This document shows positions 49,801 to 60,400 of a DNA stretch of 64,000 nt, in pieces (the stretch's first letter is position 1; every line of letters begins with the position of its first letter). Source of the DNA: Mobula birostris (Eukaryota); assembly GCF_030028105.1 (NCBI RefSeq), contig NC_092374.1, positions 174,926,057 through 174,990,056 of the forward strand. The letters run 5' to 3'. The notes beneath the pieces are model-generated. The model worked only from the letters and a program-made list of their open reading frames with translations. It did not search any database and was not told the origin of the DNA. Position numbers and translations under genes: made by a program.

Positions 49801-51355
49801 GGACAGAAGGGAGTTGGACTGTTCCCCTGGGGAAGGGGGCTTGGGAAGGGTGTATTCCTCAGCGAACCCCATCCCAGTACCCTTGCGTTTCTACACCCAA
49901 GGGTGCCCACATCCAACCCCACCATTCCCCGTCACTTTCCCTTCTCTCAGTATGACAGTATCCATGTTGTCTCTACCACTCACTGCCTCTAAGTGCAGGG
50001 TCATGGAGCAGAAAACAGTATAGCACAGTACCAGCCTCTGGCCCACAAAGTTGCGCTGCCCTCTTAAACTACTCCACTGTCAATCTAACCGTTCCCTCCC
50101 ACAAACCCTCCATTTTTCTTTCATTCATGAGCCTCTTAGATGTCCTTAATGTGTCAGCCTCGACCACCACCCCGAGCAGTGTTCCACACACCCCTCTGAC
50201 ATCCCCGCCCCTGTACTTCCCTTCAATCACCTTACAGGGATGTTCTTTGGTATTAGGCATTGCTTCCCTGGTTAAAAAAAGGTTGGCTGTCCACATTATC
50301 TAAGCCTCTTAACATCTCATCGATAAATGGAAACTTTGTTTTCTACTTTCCCCAGTGCATGAGTCATCGAGTCAGACTGTCTGGAATTAGATCCTTCGGC
50401 CTGACATGCCATTAATGATCACATGTACCTGTATACTCTGATCCCATTTTCTCGCCCTCTCTGACTTACCTGCCTCAGTCTATCTTCAATGATATGAGAG
50501 TCTGCCTTCACTGTTACTTCAGACAGTGTGTTCGATTCCAGCCACCCTCTGGGTTTGGGTGAAACATTCCTTCCTCCGGTCACTCCCAGTGATCTTGCTC
50601 CTCACTGACAGATTCTGATCTTGGACTCCTCTGTTCTGGGAAATCAGTTCCTCCTACCTGCCCCACCTGAGCCTCTCATTACTGTGTGCATCCATACCTG
50701 GTGAACCTGACCAGGGTCAGGGTCAGTATTAGGGTAAATGGTCACTCCAAACCTCCCACTGACCACTCTGTCACACACCAGCTTTGTTCCGTCTCATGGC
50801 CTTACAATGAGTTCGGGCACCTGGTGATCCTGTTGAATGTGTCTCCTTTCACAGCTTGTACCTTGAGTTCTGTTTGATTGGGATTCAGAGCTCACTGGGC
50901 AGGAGATGAATCTATCTGGTTACATGCTGGGGATGTGAGACCCTTCTCATTGACTGTCTCTGTGTTTTACAGCAGGCTGTTTTTCATCAGGGAACAAAGG
51001 CTACAATCCCACCAAAAGTAAGTTCACTGTAAATCACAGCTGGATGGTTGTGTGACATTGTTCATGTTCACTGGGTCTCATCAACAGAACAGGAGTTCAG
51101 TGTTTGTGTGTCATTGTGTGTCACCCTTGTGAGTGTCTCTGTCAGTGTTTGTATGACACCTTTGTGCATGTCTCTGTCGGTGTGTGTGATTATCCGTATA
51201 TACCTGTGTTTGTGCAGTGGTGTATTGTGTGCATGTGGCTGTCTTTGTTTCTCCGTGTCTGCACTGCATTGGTAGTAAATGTTTTCCTGCCTGTCCTTCC
51301 ATTCACAGCTTCTGACAAAGGAGAATCCTCCTCCAACTCCTCTGCCATGGCCTGA
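10846..51355 (+). CDS. MHC class I heavy chain gene, 7 coding exons, 348 aa, reading frame intact (lineage not assigned; nonclassical-like groove)
   Basis: Exons of 52+261+273+267+102+45+47 nt = 1047 nt. All introns are GT-AG and phase 1. Domains: leader, alpha1, alpha2 (C101/C164), Ig-C1 alpha3, TM, and tail ending [21 protein letters not shown]. Confidence 0.92.
11170..13796 (+). mobile_element. CR1 LINE pieces (3' end fragment followed by an APE-RT remnant)
   Basis: Degenerate [24 protein letters not shown]...[14 protein letters not shown]; terminus ggcctatttctgatcctatatcttatgg. Confidence 0.85.
14791..15921 (-). mobile_element. 5' fragment of an LTR element (LTR about 15515-15921, putative PBS, short internal sequence)
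   Basis: Termini tgttag...ctctaca (TG...CA); on the - strand a TATATAAA (15640-15647), then AATAAA (15569-15574), then tggcaacaagatggga resembling a tRNA-Ser(GCU) PBS; interrupts the LINE above. Confidence 0.5.
17200..19364 (+). mobile_element. CR1 LINE (5'-truncated, internally deleted) nested in the antisense LINE
   Basis: APE remnants, [39 protein letters not shown]; tail ggcctaattctgctcctatatcttatgatctt. Confidence 0.85.
19721..20423 (-). repeat. 3' LTR of the Gypsy element
   Basis: Homologous to 28651-29323; outer end cagggtgttaca at 20423. Confidence 0.85.
24853..24888 (-). ncRNA. Minimal hammerhead motif in the left pLTR (cleavage-site region mutated)
   Basis: The - strand reads cgtc-CTGACGA-a-gggtctcggccc-GAAA-catt-gact. 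Confidence 0.55.
27209..27244 (+). ncRNA. Minimal type I hammerhead ribozyme motif with intact core, sense to the MHC pre-mRNA
   Basis: agtc-CTGACGA-agg gtctcgg cct-GAAAC-GTC-gact: stem I agtc/gact, stem II, palindromic ACGT stem III, GUC cleavage triplet at 27238-27240. Confidence 0.75.
28633..28650 (-). other. tRNA-Pro primer-binding site of the Gypsy element
   Basis: The - strand reads tgggggatcgtccgggat, 17/18 to the tRNA-Pro PBS TGGGGGCTCGTCCGGGAT, directly inside the 5' LTR. Confidence 0.85.
28651..29323 (-). repeat. 5' LTR of the Gypsy element
   Basis: Homologous to 19721-20423 and adjacent to the PBS. Confidence 0.85.
29539..33869 (+). mobile_element. Near full-length CR1 LINE (ORF1 zinc finger + SGNH esterase; ORF2 APE-RT) with stops and frameshifts
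   Basis: ORF1 [11 protein letters not shown]...VHVGTSE; ORF2 [29 protein letters not shown]; (tgttcta)n tail. Confidence 0.93.
34193..35182 (+). CDS. Tc1 transposase, DD34E, near intact (1-bp deletion alters the last about 16 aa)
   Basis: Paired-like HTH GEGYKKI...[17 protein letters not shown]; [17 protein letters not shown] with 34 residues between the second D and E; the shifted frame after 35163 reads [14 protein letters not shown]. Confidence 0.88.
   Translation: MGSSKQLPSTLKIKINDAHKAGEGYKKIEKCFQVAVSSVHNVIKKWQLTGTVEVKLRSGRPRKLSKRTIRRIPRMANENPRLTAKDLQEDLADSGVVVHCSTVQRHLHKYDLHERVIRRKLFLCPHHRIQRQKFAKEHLNEPNAFWKQVLWTDEVKIELFGCNEKRYVWRKKGAEFHEKNTSPTVKHGGGSIMLWACVAASGTGNISLVEGRINSNKYQQILEANITPSVKKLKMKRGWLLQQDNDPKHTSKSTMDYLKRRKLKVLPWTSQSPDLNIIENLWIDLKRAVHVRRPKNLTELETFFKEEWAKIPQTRIERLLAGYKSIYKL
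38400..38560 (+). mobile_element. tRNA-derived V-SINE
   Basis: A box gtagtgtagtggttagc, B box gagttcaatcct, then the V-domain-like tgtaaggagtttgtac...tgctccggtttcttcctacagtccaaaga. Confidence 0.75.
39745..39948 (-). mobile_element. tRNA-derived SINE
   Basis: The - strand reads tggtgtagtggcatcagca (A box) ... gagttcgaatcc (B box). Confidence 0.55.
41532..41792 (+). CDS. MHC class I exon 2 (alpha1)
   Basis: ttccag|gc ... ggg g|gtgagt; [37 protein letters not shown]...[11 protein letters not shown]...SQTNQTG, with the N86 glycosylation site NQT. Confidence 0.97.
41800..42715 (+). repeat. G/T-rich low-complexity tract at the start of intron 2
   Basis: Many GGGG(T)G runs and gtgatggt/ggactgtg motifs. 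Confidence 0.8.
42717..47069 (+). mobile_element. CR1 LINE (ORF1 + ORF2) in intron 2, with an unrelated insert at about 44478-45170
   Basis: 5'UTR resembles that of the CR1 at 29539; esterase VIGDSIV; [14 protein letters not shown]; [13 protein letters not shown]; (atgtttct)n tail. Confidence 0.92.
47240..47626 (+). repeat. G-rich minisatellite, about 30-bp unit, about 12 copies
   Basis: Unit ggtggggg(g)tga(c/t)(g/t)gtggggaatgttcgatg; ends about 85 bp before the exon 3 acceptor. Confidence 0.92.
47712..47984 (+). CDS. MHC class I exon 3 (alpha2)
   Basis: ttccag|gg ... ccc a|gtgagt; [13 protein letters not shown]...[12 protein letters not shown]...[15 protein letters not shown]...[15 protein letters not shown]. 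Confidence 0.97.
48020..49130 (+). repeat. Polypyrimidine (C/T-rich) tract filling intron 3
   Basis: About 1.1 kb dominated by cc/ct runs with few purines on the + strand. Confidence 0.9.
49133..49399 (+). CDS. MHC class I exon 4 (alpha3, Ig C1)
   Basis: ccccag|at ... ctg g|gtaaga; [16 protein letters not shown]...[10 protein letters not shown]...[13 protein letters not shown]. Confidence 0.97.
49696..49797 (+). CDS. MHC class I exon 5 (connecting peptide + transmembrane)
   Basis: caatag|at ... aaa g|gtagga; [34 protein letters not shown]. Confidence 0.93.
50973..51017 (+). CDS. MHC class I exon 6 (cytoplasmic; alternative in-frame starts at 50976 and 50991)
   Basis: ttttacag|cag|gctg...aaaa|gtaagt; [15 protein letters not shown], containing the tail tyrosine typical of class I exon 6. 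Confidence 0.85.
51309..51355 (+). CDS. MHC class I exon 7 (cytoplasmic, stop)
   Basis: ttcacag|ct; [15 protein letters not shown]; TGA at 51353-51355 followed by g|gtagga. Confidence 0.88.
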
Positions 51356-51765
51356 GGTAGGAACCGTGTTGGGCTCTGGTCAATGCTGGGCTTCCCAGCT
51401 CTTGTCACTGGAGCTGGAGCTGGTCATTACAGCACAGCCTGGGCACTGAGAAACCCCGGTCTGGAACCAGAACTGTGGGATGGGCTGTAACCAGTCCCCA
51501 CAGCACCTCACCCTGGGAATGGCCTCCTGCTCCGTTCCATTCCAGGGATCCAGTGCCCAGTTTTCATGGTTTGTCATTGGAATTGCTGCTTTTCCAGGGT
51601 TGCCCAGTGTTTTGAGGTGGGGGTGGGAGAGGACTCGGGAGAGTTTGGGGTATGGGGGTGTTGTGGGTGATTTATGGTGGTGGGGGGAGATGGATTTTGT
51701 GGGATGTGTTACGGTTGTGAAGTGGTGGGGAATGGGTTGAATGTATAGATTATGTTGTACTGTTT

Positions 51766-51927
51766 ATTGGGAATTGGAATCACTGGACATTATTCCCAGT
51801 GTTGTGTTGGGGGGGGTGGTTTTAGTCGGTTTCATTGGGAATTGGAATCACTGGACATTATTCCCAGTGTTGTGTTGGGGGGGGGGGGTTTAGTCGGTTT
51901 CATTGGGAATTGGAATCACTGGACATT
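51766..51927. repeat. 68-bp tandem repeat (about 2.4 copies), with a further partial unit near 52830
   Basis: attgggaattggaatcactggacatt starts at 51766, 51834 and 51902; ggggggtggttttagtcggtttcatt recurs at about 52833. Confidence 0.9.
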
Positions 51928-52826
51928 GAACTGAATTGACTTTATTTCTTACATCCCTCACATACATGAGTAAAAATCTTTATGTTACATCTCCATCTAA
52001 ATGTGCCATGTGCAATCATAGTAATTTAAAAATAATTTATAATACCAGTAAATAGAACAGTCAATGTAATATAGAGTACATTCAAATCAGCATGATTTCA
52101 TCAATCTGGTGGTCTGGTGGAAGAAGCTGTCCCGGAGCCTGTAGGTCCTGACGTCTGCTGCGGTGCTGCTTCCCGGATGGTAGCAGCTGGAATAGATTGG
52201 GGTTGGGGTGGCCTGGGTCCCCAATGATCCTACGGGCCCTTTTTACACACCTGTCCTTGTAAATGTCCCGAATCATGGAAGTTCACAACTACAGATGCGC
52301 TGGGCTGTCCACACCACTCTCTGCAGAGTCCTGTGATTGAGGGAGGTACAGTTCCCATACCAGGCAGTGATGCAGCCAGTCAGGATGCTCTCAGTTGTGC
52401 CCCTGTAGAAAGGTCTTTGGATTTGGGGGTCCACACCAAACTTCCTCAACCATCTGAGGTGGAAGAGGTGCTATTGTACTTTCTTCACCACATAGCTGGT
52501 GTGTACAGACCACGTGAGGTCCTCGGTGATGTGGATGCCGAGCAGCTTGAGGTTGTTTACCCTCTCAACCCCAGATCCATTGATGTCTATAGGGGTGAGC
52601 CCGTCTCCATTCCTCCTGTAGTCCACAACCAGCTCCTTTGGTTTTGTGACATTGAGGGAGAGGTTGTTTTCTTGACACCACTGTGTCAAAGAGATGACTT
52701 CTTCCCTGTAGGCACCTCATTATTGTTTGAGATAAGGCCAATCAATGTGGTGTTGTCAGCAAATTCTATTAGCAGATTGGAGCTGTGGGTGATGATATAG
52801 TCATGGGTATACAGGGAGTAGAGGTA
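51928..52826 (-). mobile_element. Rex1/Babar-type LINE 3' portion
   Basis: Minus ORF QWCQENNLSLNVTKPKELVVDYRR...INGSGVERVNNLKLLGIHITEDLTWS and ARRIIGDPGHPNPNLFQLLPSG. Confidence 0.8.
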
Positions 52827-52932
52827 CAGGGTGGGGGGTGGTTTTAGTCGGTTTCATTGTCAGTGTTGGGGAGATTTACTGCTGATGCCTCACTCTATAA
52901 CCATCTCTCCTCGCCCCTCTCCCCCTCTGCAG

Positions 52933-53490
52933 GAAATTCAGTTCCCAGCAGGATATTGATGAAGAAATCTATGGGAACAGAGTGTAATCCTGGGACTCTG
53001 GGTGATTAACGAGATATTCTCCGGGGAAAACTATGATTTATGCTTTGACCATCATGCTTGGGAATACTGATAATTTGCTGAGTCACTGCAGGAGACGGAC
53101 TGTAATGTTGCTTTTCAAAGGAAGCTGAATCACTTTAATGTGTTTGGGATGAAGTGAAGGGGTTTAGTGTGGAACAGCTCTGACCCACAGCTCAGTCCTG
53201 GTCAGCATCTGGAGACTCACAGTTAGGTGAATAGATTTGCTCATTCAGTCAATTTGACTGTTGACCGAGAGTGGCTTCTGGCCCCTGTGAGATGGGAGGG
53301 GAGTGGGTGGCAGGTGCTGAAGTTAAAGTGAGACTTAAACCATGGGCTGTGGGAGTGATTACAGGGAGATCTGGAAACGTGATTTAATGCTGATGTGGGG
53401 AGGGAGAGAGGGAGGGAAGGGTTCATTTGTGCTTCATTGTCCAGGTTTTTTAATCCTGAATCCAAATAAAATCGATGTTTACTCCATCTC
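52933..53490 (+). other. Probable non-coding last exon (3'UTR) of the class I gene
   Basis: Strong acceptor ccatctctcctcgcccctctccccctctgcag|g at 52932; AATAAA at 53465-53470; a donor sits 1 nt after the stop codon. Confidence 0.6.
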
Positions 53491-54324
53491 CCTGTCTGGC
53501 AGTGTTTGTGGTGATGGGAACATTGGAATTTGAAGGATGCAGCCACTAGGACTCTGGACAAAGTGGGAATGATGTGTATTATGGATTTAAGGAGAATCTA
53601 CATTTGTGGGAGGGTGTGGGAGAAGACATGAGGAGTGGTTTCTGTTGAGGCAACAGTGACCAGGGAGAGATCTAGCAAGGCCCAGTAAAACGGTGTCTGG
53701 TACAGTGGTGACTATGTTTCTGAGATGCTCCCAGTTACCTTCTGCGAAGTTGGAAGCCAAGGATTTATGTAATCGCACCATCATACAGAATCAGGTCTAA
53801 TATCAGTGACAATGTTGTGAAATTTGTTGTTTTGTGGCTCCATCCAGACTGTGCTCTGTTCCTGCTGCTGCCATCAGGAAGAAGGTACAGGAGCCTCAGG
53901 ACTCTCACCACCAGGTTTAGTAACGGTTATCACCCCTCAACCTTCAGGCTCTTTAACCAGAGGCGATAACCAACAGGTTTTCATAAGACTTGGGAACAGA
54001 ATTAAGCCATTTGGCCCATCAAGTCTTCTCCATCTTTCAGTCATGGCTGATCCCTTTTTCCACTCCTCAGCCCCATTCCCCAGCCTTCTCCCCATAACCT
54101 TTGATGCCGTGTCCTGTCAAACTCTGCCTTAAATGCACCCAACTACCTTGTCTCTACAGACACATGTGGTAATAAATTTCACAAATTCACCACCCTCTGA
54201 CTAAAGAAATTTCTCTGCATCTCTGTTAAAATGGACACCCCTCTATCCTGAGGCTGTGCTCTCTTGTCCATGACTCCCCCACCATGGGAAACATTTTTTC
54301 CACATCTACTCTGTCTGGCCTTTC

Positions 54325-55543
54325 TGTTACAGTCAGGTCCGCTAACTCCTTGGTTCTGTTGATTTCCTTTTCCCCGTGTTTTGCCTGGCTCCTTGATTGA
54401 GGCACCTGGTCCTCATTCGAACTGGCAACATAAAGATTCCAGCTTACATCTACTCGCTGCTGGTTCATTACCTCAGCAGTGTGGCTATGCTCGTTCCGAG
54501 CCGCCAAGAATAAGGGACTGTCTTCCGAGCTGCCAAGAATTAGGGACTGTCTTCCAGCCAAGTTACAAATGGACTGTCATTGCTTTTGTCATCTAGTGTC
54601 CAGCTGAGTGTTGCTGGCTCCAAGCTGGGATGTGAGTGGTCTGTCGTTGTTTGTTTTTTGTTATCTCGTGTCCAGCTGAGTGTTAATAGACAATAGACAA
54701 TAGGTGCAGAAGTAGACCATTCGGCCCTTCGAGCCTGCACCACCATTCTGAGATCATGGCTGATCATCTACTATCAATACCCGGTTCCTGGCTTGTCCCC
54801 ATAACCCTTGATTCCCCCATCCACTTTCCCCCCTTTGAATCATTCCTTCTCCGGGGGATGAACTGATTTTGCACCTTGTGCATTATTCCCAAGAATCCCT
54901 GCCATTGCTGTTCCACTGTCTTTTCTGCTAGGATATCCGACCAGTCAAGTTTGGCCAGCTCCTCCCTCGTGGCTCCATAGTCTCCTTTGTTCAACTGCAA
55001 TACTGACACTTCCGATCTGCCCTTATCCCTCTCAACTTGCAGATAAAAACATCATATTATGGTCACTACCTCCTAATGGCTCCTTTACTTCAAGATCACT
55101 TATCAAATCCTGTTCATTGCACAACACTAAATCCAGAATAGCCTTATCCCTGGTCGGCTCTCGTACAAGCTGCTCCAAAAATGCATCCCGTAGGCACTCT
55201 ACAAACTCCCTATCCTGGGGTCCAGTACCAACCTGATTTTCCCAGTTCACCTGCGTGTTGCCGGCCATTCTGCCGCTGCTCCTAGCTGGGATGCGAGTGG
55301 TCTGTCATTGTTTTGTTTTGTCGAGTCCGAGTCCCAGTCCAGGTCAAGTCTCCATGTTCCAGTCCAAGTCAAGGCTCTGTGTTCCAGTTCCAGTCCAAGT
55401 CCAAGTCCAAGCTCAGGCTCGGTGGCCAAGTCCAAGCCCAGGCTCTGAGCTCCAGTCTAGTCCAAGTCCAGGCTCCGAGTCCGAGTCTGTCTCCGTGCCT
55501 GTGTCCTGCATTTGGGTCCGCTCCAGTCACGTACATTGCAACA
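54325..55543. mobile_element. Solo LTR with 5-bp TSD, itself containing a CR1 fragment (about 54690-55250)
   Basis: tgttaca...tgcaaca termini; ctttc at 54320-54324 and 55544-55548; internal (agtcca)n-like repeats. Confidence 0.75.
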
Positions 55544-56506
55544 CTTTCAACATTAGAAAGATTTCAACGAGGTTCCCCCTCAACCTCCTAAGTTCCAGTG
55601 AGTACAGACCCAGAGCTATCAAACATTCCTCGTATGATAACCCTTTTATTCCCAGAATCATCCTTGTGAACCTCCTCTGGACCCTCTCCAATGCCAATAC
55701 ATCTTGGATGAGGAGCCCAAAACTGTTCACAATACTCAGGGTGAGGCCTCACCAGTGCCTTATAAAGCCTCAGCAATACATCCCTGCTCTTATATTCTAG
55801 ACCTCTTGAAATGAATGCTAACATTGCATTTGCCTTCCTCACCACCAACTCAACGTGCAAGTTAACCTTTAGAGTGTTCTGCACAAGGACTCCCAAATCC
55901 CTTGGCACCTCAGTTTTCTGGATTTTCTCCCTGTTTAGAATCTAGTCTGCACATTTATTTCCATTACCAAAGTGCATGACCATGCCTTTTCCAACATTAT
56001 ATTTCATTTGCCACTCTCCTGTCCATTCTTCTAATCTGCCTAAGTCTTTCTGCAGCCTACCTGTTCCCTCAACACTACCTACCCCTCCACCCATCTTCAT
56101 ATCACCCGCAAACATGGCAACGAAGCCATCTATTTCATCATCTAATTAATTTATTTACAGCATAAAAAGAAGAGGTCCCAACACTGACCCCTGCCGTCAC
56201 TGGCAGCCAAACAGAAAAAAGATCCTTTCATTCACACTTGCTGCATCCAACCAATCAGCCAATGCTCTAACCATGTTAGTAACTTTCCTGTAATACCATG
56301 GGCTCTTAACTTGGTAAGCAGCCTCGTGTGAGGCACCTTGTCAAAGGCCTTCTGGAAGTCCAAACATACAACATCCACTGCATCCCCTTTATCTATCCTA
56401 CTTATCATCTTAAAGAATTCCAACAGGTTCGTCAGGCAAGATTTTCCCTTATGGAAACCATGCTGACTTTGTCCTATCTTGTCCTGTGTGACCAAGTACT
56501 TCGTTA

Positions 56507-57442
56507 TGTTACGTACCCCGTAACTGGGTTGCCAAACCAGCAGAAATGGACCACTTAGTTGGAGTCTGGATTACTGGAACTAAGAAAGTTTTATTAAAGA
56601 AATAAGTAACACAGTACTCTAATAGTAAGGATGTAAATGCAACAGTTTAGCAATGAATAAACATACATGTACACAGAACTAGGATAATAGGATCAATCAA
56701 GCTCTATCGCAGTCTAGGGGTAAAATGATCAGTCTCAAGTGACGCAGAGTTCAGTTCAGTTTAGTTCAGTTCGCAGTAGTCGCCGTCGTGCCCTTGGAGG
56801 GAGAGAGAATGAATATGCAAATAGGATTCAGACCGACCTTTCTTCTTCGCAGTTAGCTTTCGGTGCGAGCCCTTTTTAATGTCTTCTGAGGTCACCGACT
56901 GTGACCCCTCCGTTCCGGATACGATCGTTCTTCTGCGGTGAACCCGGCACCCAGGCAAGGCGGACACACACACCAGGTACCCGCCGATCGTACCTTCTCA
57001 CCCTATGCGTCTATGGCTGGTCCCGCGACCAGACCTCCAAACTCCCACCAACTTGTGGGGGGGGGGGGAGCACACCGCTTCCAGGGTCTCGTTATCTCGT
57101 GGTGTCATGGTGTGTCGCTCGCCTTAGCGAACCTGTTCCTTTTATCCCCCTGCTGGGGTATCGCCTGTCCATCAAACTTCAAACAGTTCAGGTTCAAAGG
57201 TTTGTCAATACACAGACCGGTGTCTCTTTCCGTTAATCTCTGTTGTCTCTTCATTAACATTTCCAAATGCTGCTCCATTGCCTTACTTATCTCTCTCTCC
57301 TGAAGACAGGTGGCAGATCAACTGATGATCCCACTGGTGATAGCACAGGACAGTTAACATCTTAGTCCATGTGTACTTTGTAACCCTCTTACTTATCTCT
57401 CTTATCGGCATCAATCTTCTGATAACTTGGTCTGTTGTCACA
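56507..57442. mobile_element. Solo LTR (936 bp)
   Basis: tgttacg...tgtcaca termini; flanked by gtta/gtaa; the CR1 sequence resumes on both sides. Confidence 0.75.
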
Positions 57443-60400
57443 GTAACCTCGTCCTTAACAATTGACAACCACTGAGGTGAGGCTAACTAGTCTATAATTT
57501 CCTTTCTGCTGCCTTCCTCCTTTCTTAAATAGTGGAGTGACATTTGCAATTTTCCAGTCCTCTGGCACCATGCCAGAGTCCAACAATTTTTAAAAGATCA
57601 TCACTAATGCCTCCACAATCTCTACCACTACCTCTTTCAGAACCGTAAGGTGCAGTTCAGCTGGTCCAGGTGACTTCTGTATCCTTGGGTCTTACAGATT
57701 TTTTGAGCACCTTCTCCCTTGAAATAGTAACTGCACTTACTTCTCTTCCCTCAAACCCTTCAACATCTGACACACTGCCTGTGTCTTCTACAGTGATGAC
57801 TGATGCAAAATATTCATTTAGTTCACTTGCCATCTCCTTGTCCCCTGTTATTATTTCTCCAGCCTCATTTTCTAGCGGTCCTATATCCACTGTCATCTCT
57901 CTTTCATTTTTTACATACTTGAAAAAGCTTTTTCTATGCACTTTGCTATTGTTTGACAGCTTGCTTTCAGATTTCATCTTTTCCCTCCTATGATTCTTCT
58001 AGTTGTTCTCTGTAGGTTTTTAAAAGCTTCCCAATCCTCTGTCTTCCTGCTGATGTTTGCTTTGTTGTATGCCCTCTCCTTTACTTTTACATTAGCTTTG
58101 ACTTCCCTTGTCAGACATGGTTGTACTATTTTGCCATTTGAGCATGATTATGAGGACACTCAGTCCCCTTTTATTGTCATTTAGTAATGCATGCATTAAG
58201 AAAACACATGACAAACCGACTTAAAAACTAGCAAAAACCACATAATTATAACATATAGTTACAACGGTGCAAAGCAATACCATAATTTGATAAGAACAGA
58301 CCATGGCACAGTAAAAGTCTCAGAGTCTCTCAAAGTCCCATCATCTCACGCAGACGGTAAACCCCCAGCGCCGCCAACTTGCCGATGCAGCATCCCGGAA
58401 GCATCTGACGACAGTTCGACTCTGAGTCCGTCCGAAAAACTCCGAGCCTCCGACCACCTATTTGACACCGAGCACTGAGCAGCATCTCTGCCGAGCGTTT
58501 GAACCCCGGACCCGGCAACAGGCGATACGCAAAGCTAAGGATTTGGGGCCTACATCTCCAGAGATTCTCGATCACACAGTAGCAGTGGCAGCGAAGCAGG
58601 CATTTCAGAAGTTGTTCCAAATGTTCCTCTGCGCTTTCACGGCTGTCCCCATCTTCATTTTTGAAGAAATTCATTTTCTTCATTATCGATCCTGCACCTT
58701 CCTCATTTTTCCTAGAAACTCACACCATTCCTGCCAGCATCTCCTTCCAAATTACTTTGGCCAACTCCTCTCTCACACCACTGTAAGTTCCTGTATTCCA
58801 CTGAAATACTGTTACGTCAGACCTTACTTTCTCCCTATCAAATTTCAAGTTGAACTCAGTCATATTGTGATCACTGGTTCCTAAGCGTTCTTTTATCTTA
58901 ACCTCCCTAATCACCTCCGGTTCATTACATAACACCCAATCCAGTGTATCTGATTCCCCAGTAGGCTCAACAACAAACTGCTCTTTGAAAAGCCATCTGA
59001 TAGGCATTCAACAACTTCACTCTGTTGAGATCCATTTTGAACCCGATTTTCCCAATCGACCTACATGTTAAAATCTCCCATGACTGTCATAACATTGCCC
59101 TTTTGACACGCCTTTTCTATTTCCTGTTGCAGTCTGTGGTCCACATCCCAGTCACTGTTGGGAGGCCTGTATAACTGCTAACAGGTTCCTTTTGCCCTTG
59201 CAATTTCTCAACTCAACCCACAAGGATTCAACATCTTCCAATCCTACGTCACATCTTTTTACTGACCTGATACCATTCTTTACCAGTAGAGCCACATCAC
59301 CCCCTTTGCCAACCTTCCTATCTCTCTGATAAAACGTGTGACCTTTGACATTCAGCTCCCAACTACAACCATCCTTCAGCCACAATTCAGTGATGGCCAC
59401 GACATCATACCTGACAATCTGTAATATTGCAACAGGATTATCCACCTTATTTCTTATACTACACGCATTTAGATAGAACACTTTGAGTACTACATTTGCT
59501 AACCTTTTTGATTTTGCATCCCTAATGCACTGATACTCGCCCTGTTGGCTGCAATTTTGTTCTATTATCTGCCTGCCCTTCCTGACTGTCTGACTGCACG
59601 CTATTTTTGCTCATTTACCGTCTGTCCTATCCCGAGTCCTTTCACTCCAGTTCCCAATGGTTCAGGTGTGTCCCATAACTTTTGAACAGGTCATACCTCC
59701 TCCAGAAGAGATCCCATTGATCCCAGAACCCAGAACCCAAAGCCCTGCCCCCTGCACCAGATTCTCAGCCACGCATTAATTTGCCAAATCATCCTGTTTC
59801 TACCCTCACTGGTGACACAGGCAGCAATCCAGAAATTACTACCCTGGAGTTCCTGCTTCTCAGCTCTCTGCCAGCTCTCTAAATTCTCTCTTCAGGACCT
59901 CTTTGCTTTTCCTTCCCATGCCATTGGTACCAGTATGTACCAAGACATCTAGCTGCACTCCTTCCCTGTCCAATTTGTTGTGAACACAATCTGAGACAGC
60001 CCTGACCCTGGCACCTGGGAGACAACATACCATTCGGATGTCCCGGTCACGTCCACAGAATCCCCTGCCTGTTCCCTGACTACTGAGTCCCCTAACACTA
60101 CCGCTCCCCTCTTCTCCCTCTTTCCCTCTGCACCACAGACCTATGCTCGGTGCTAGTAACCCAGTCTCCGTGGCATTCACCTGGGAGGTCACCCCACCTC
60201 ACAACAGTATCCAAAACAGTATACTAATTATTGAGGGGAACGGCCACAGGGCTGCTCTGTGCTAACTGCCCATTCACACTTCCATTTATCCTGACGGTCA
60301 CCCAGCTACTCGCCTCCCGCAAATTAGTGGTGACTACTTCCCTGTAACTCTGATCGATTATCTCCTCACTCTCCTGTAAAAGATAAAAGTCATCCAGCTG

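Noticed and set aside
55255-55800. 181-aa ORF beginning with a signal-peptide-like MLPAILPLLLAG
   Set aside because: Runs through solo-LTR microsatellite into antisense CR1 RT; chance ORF
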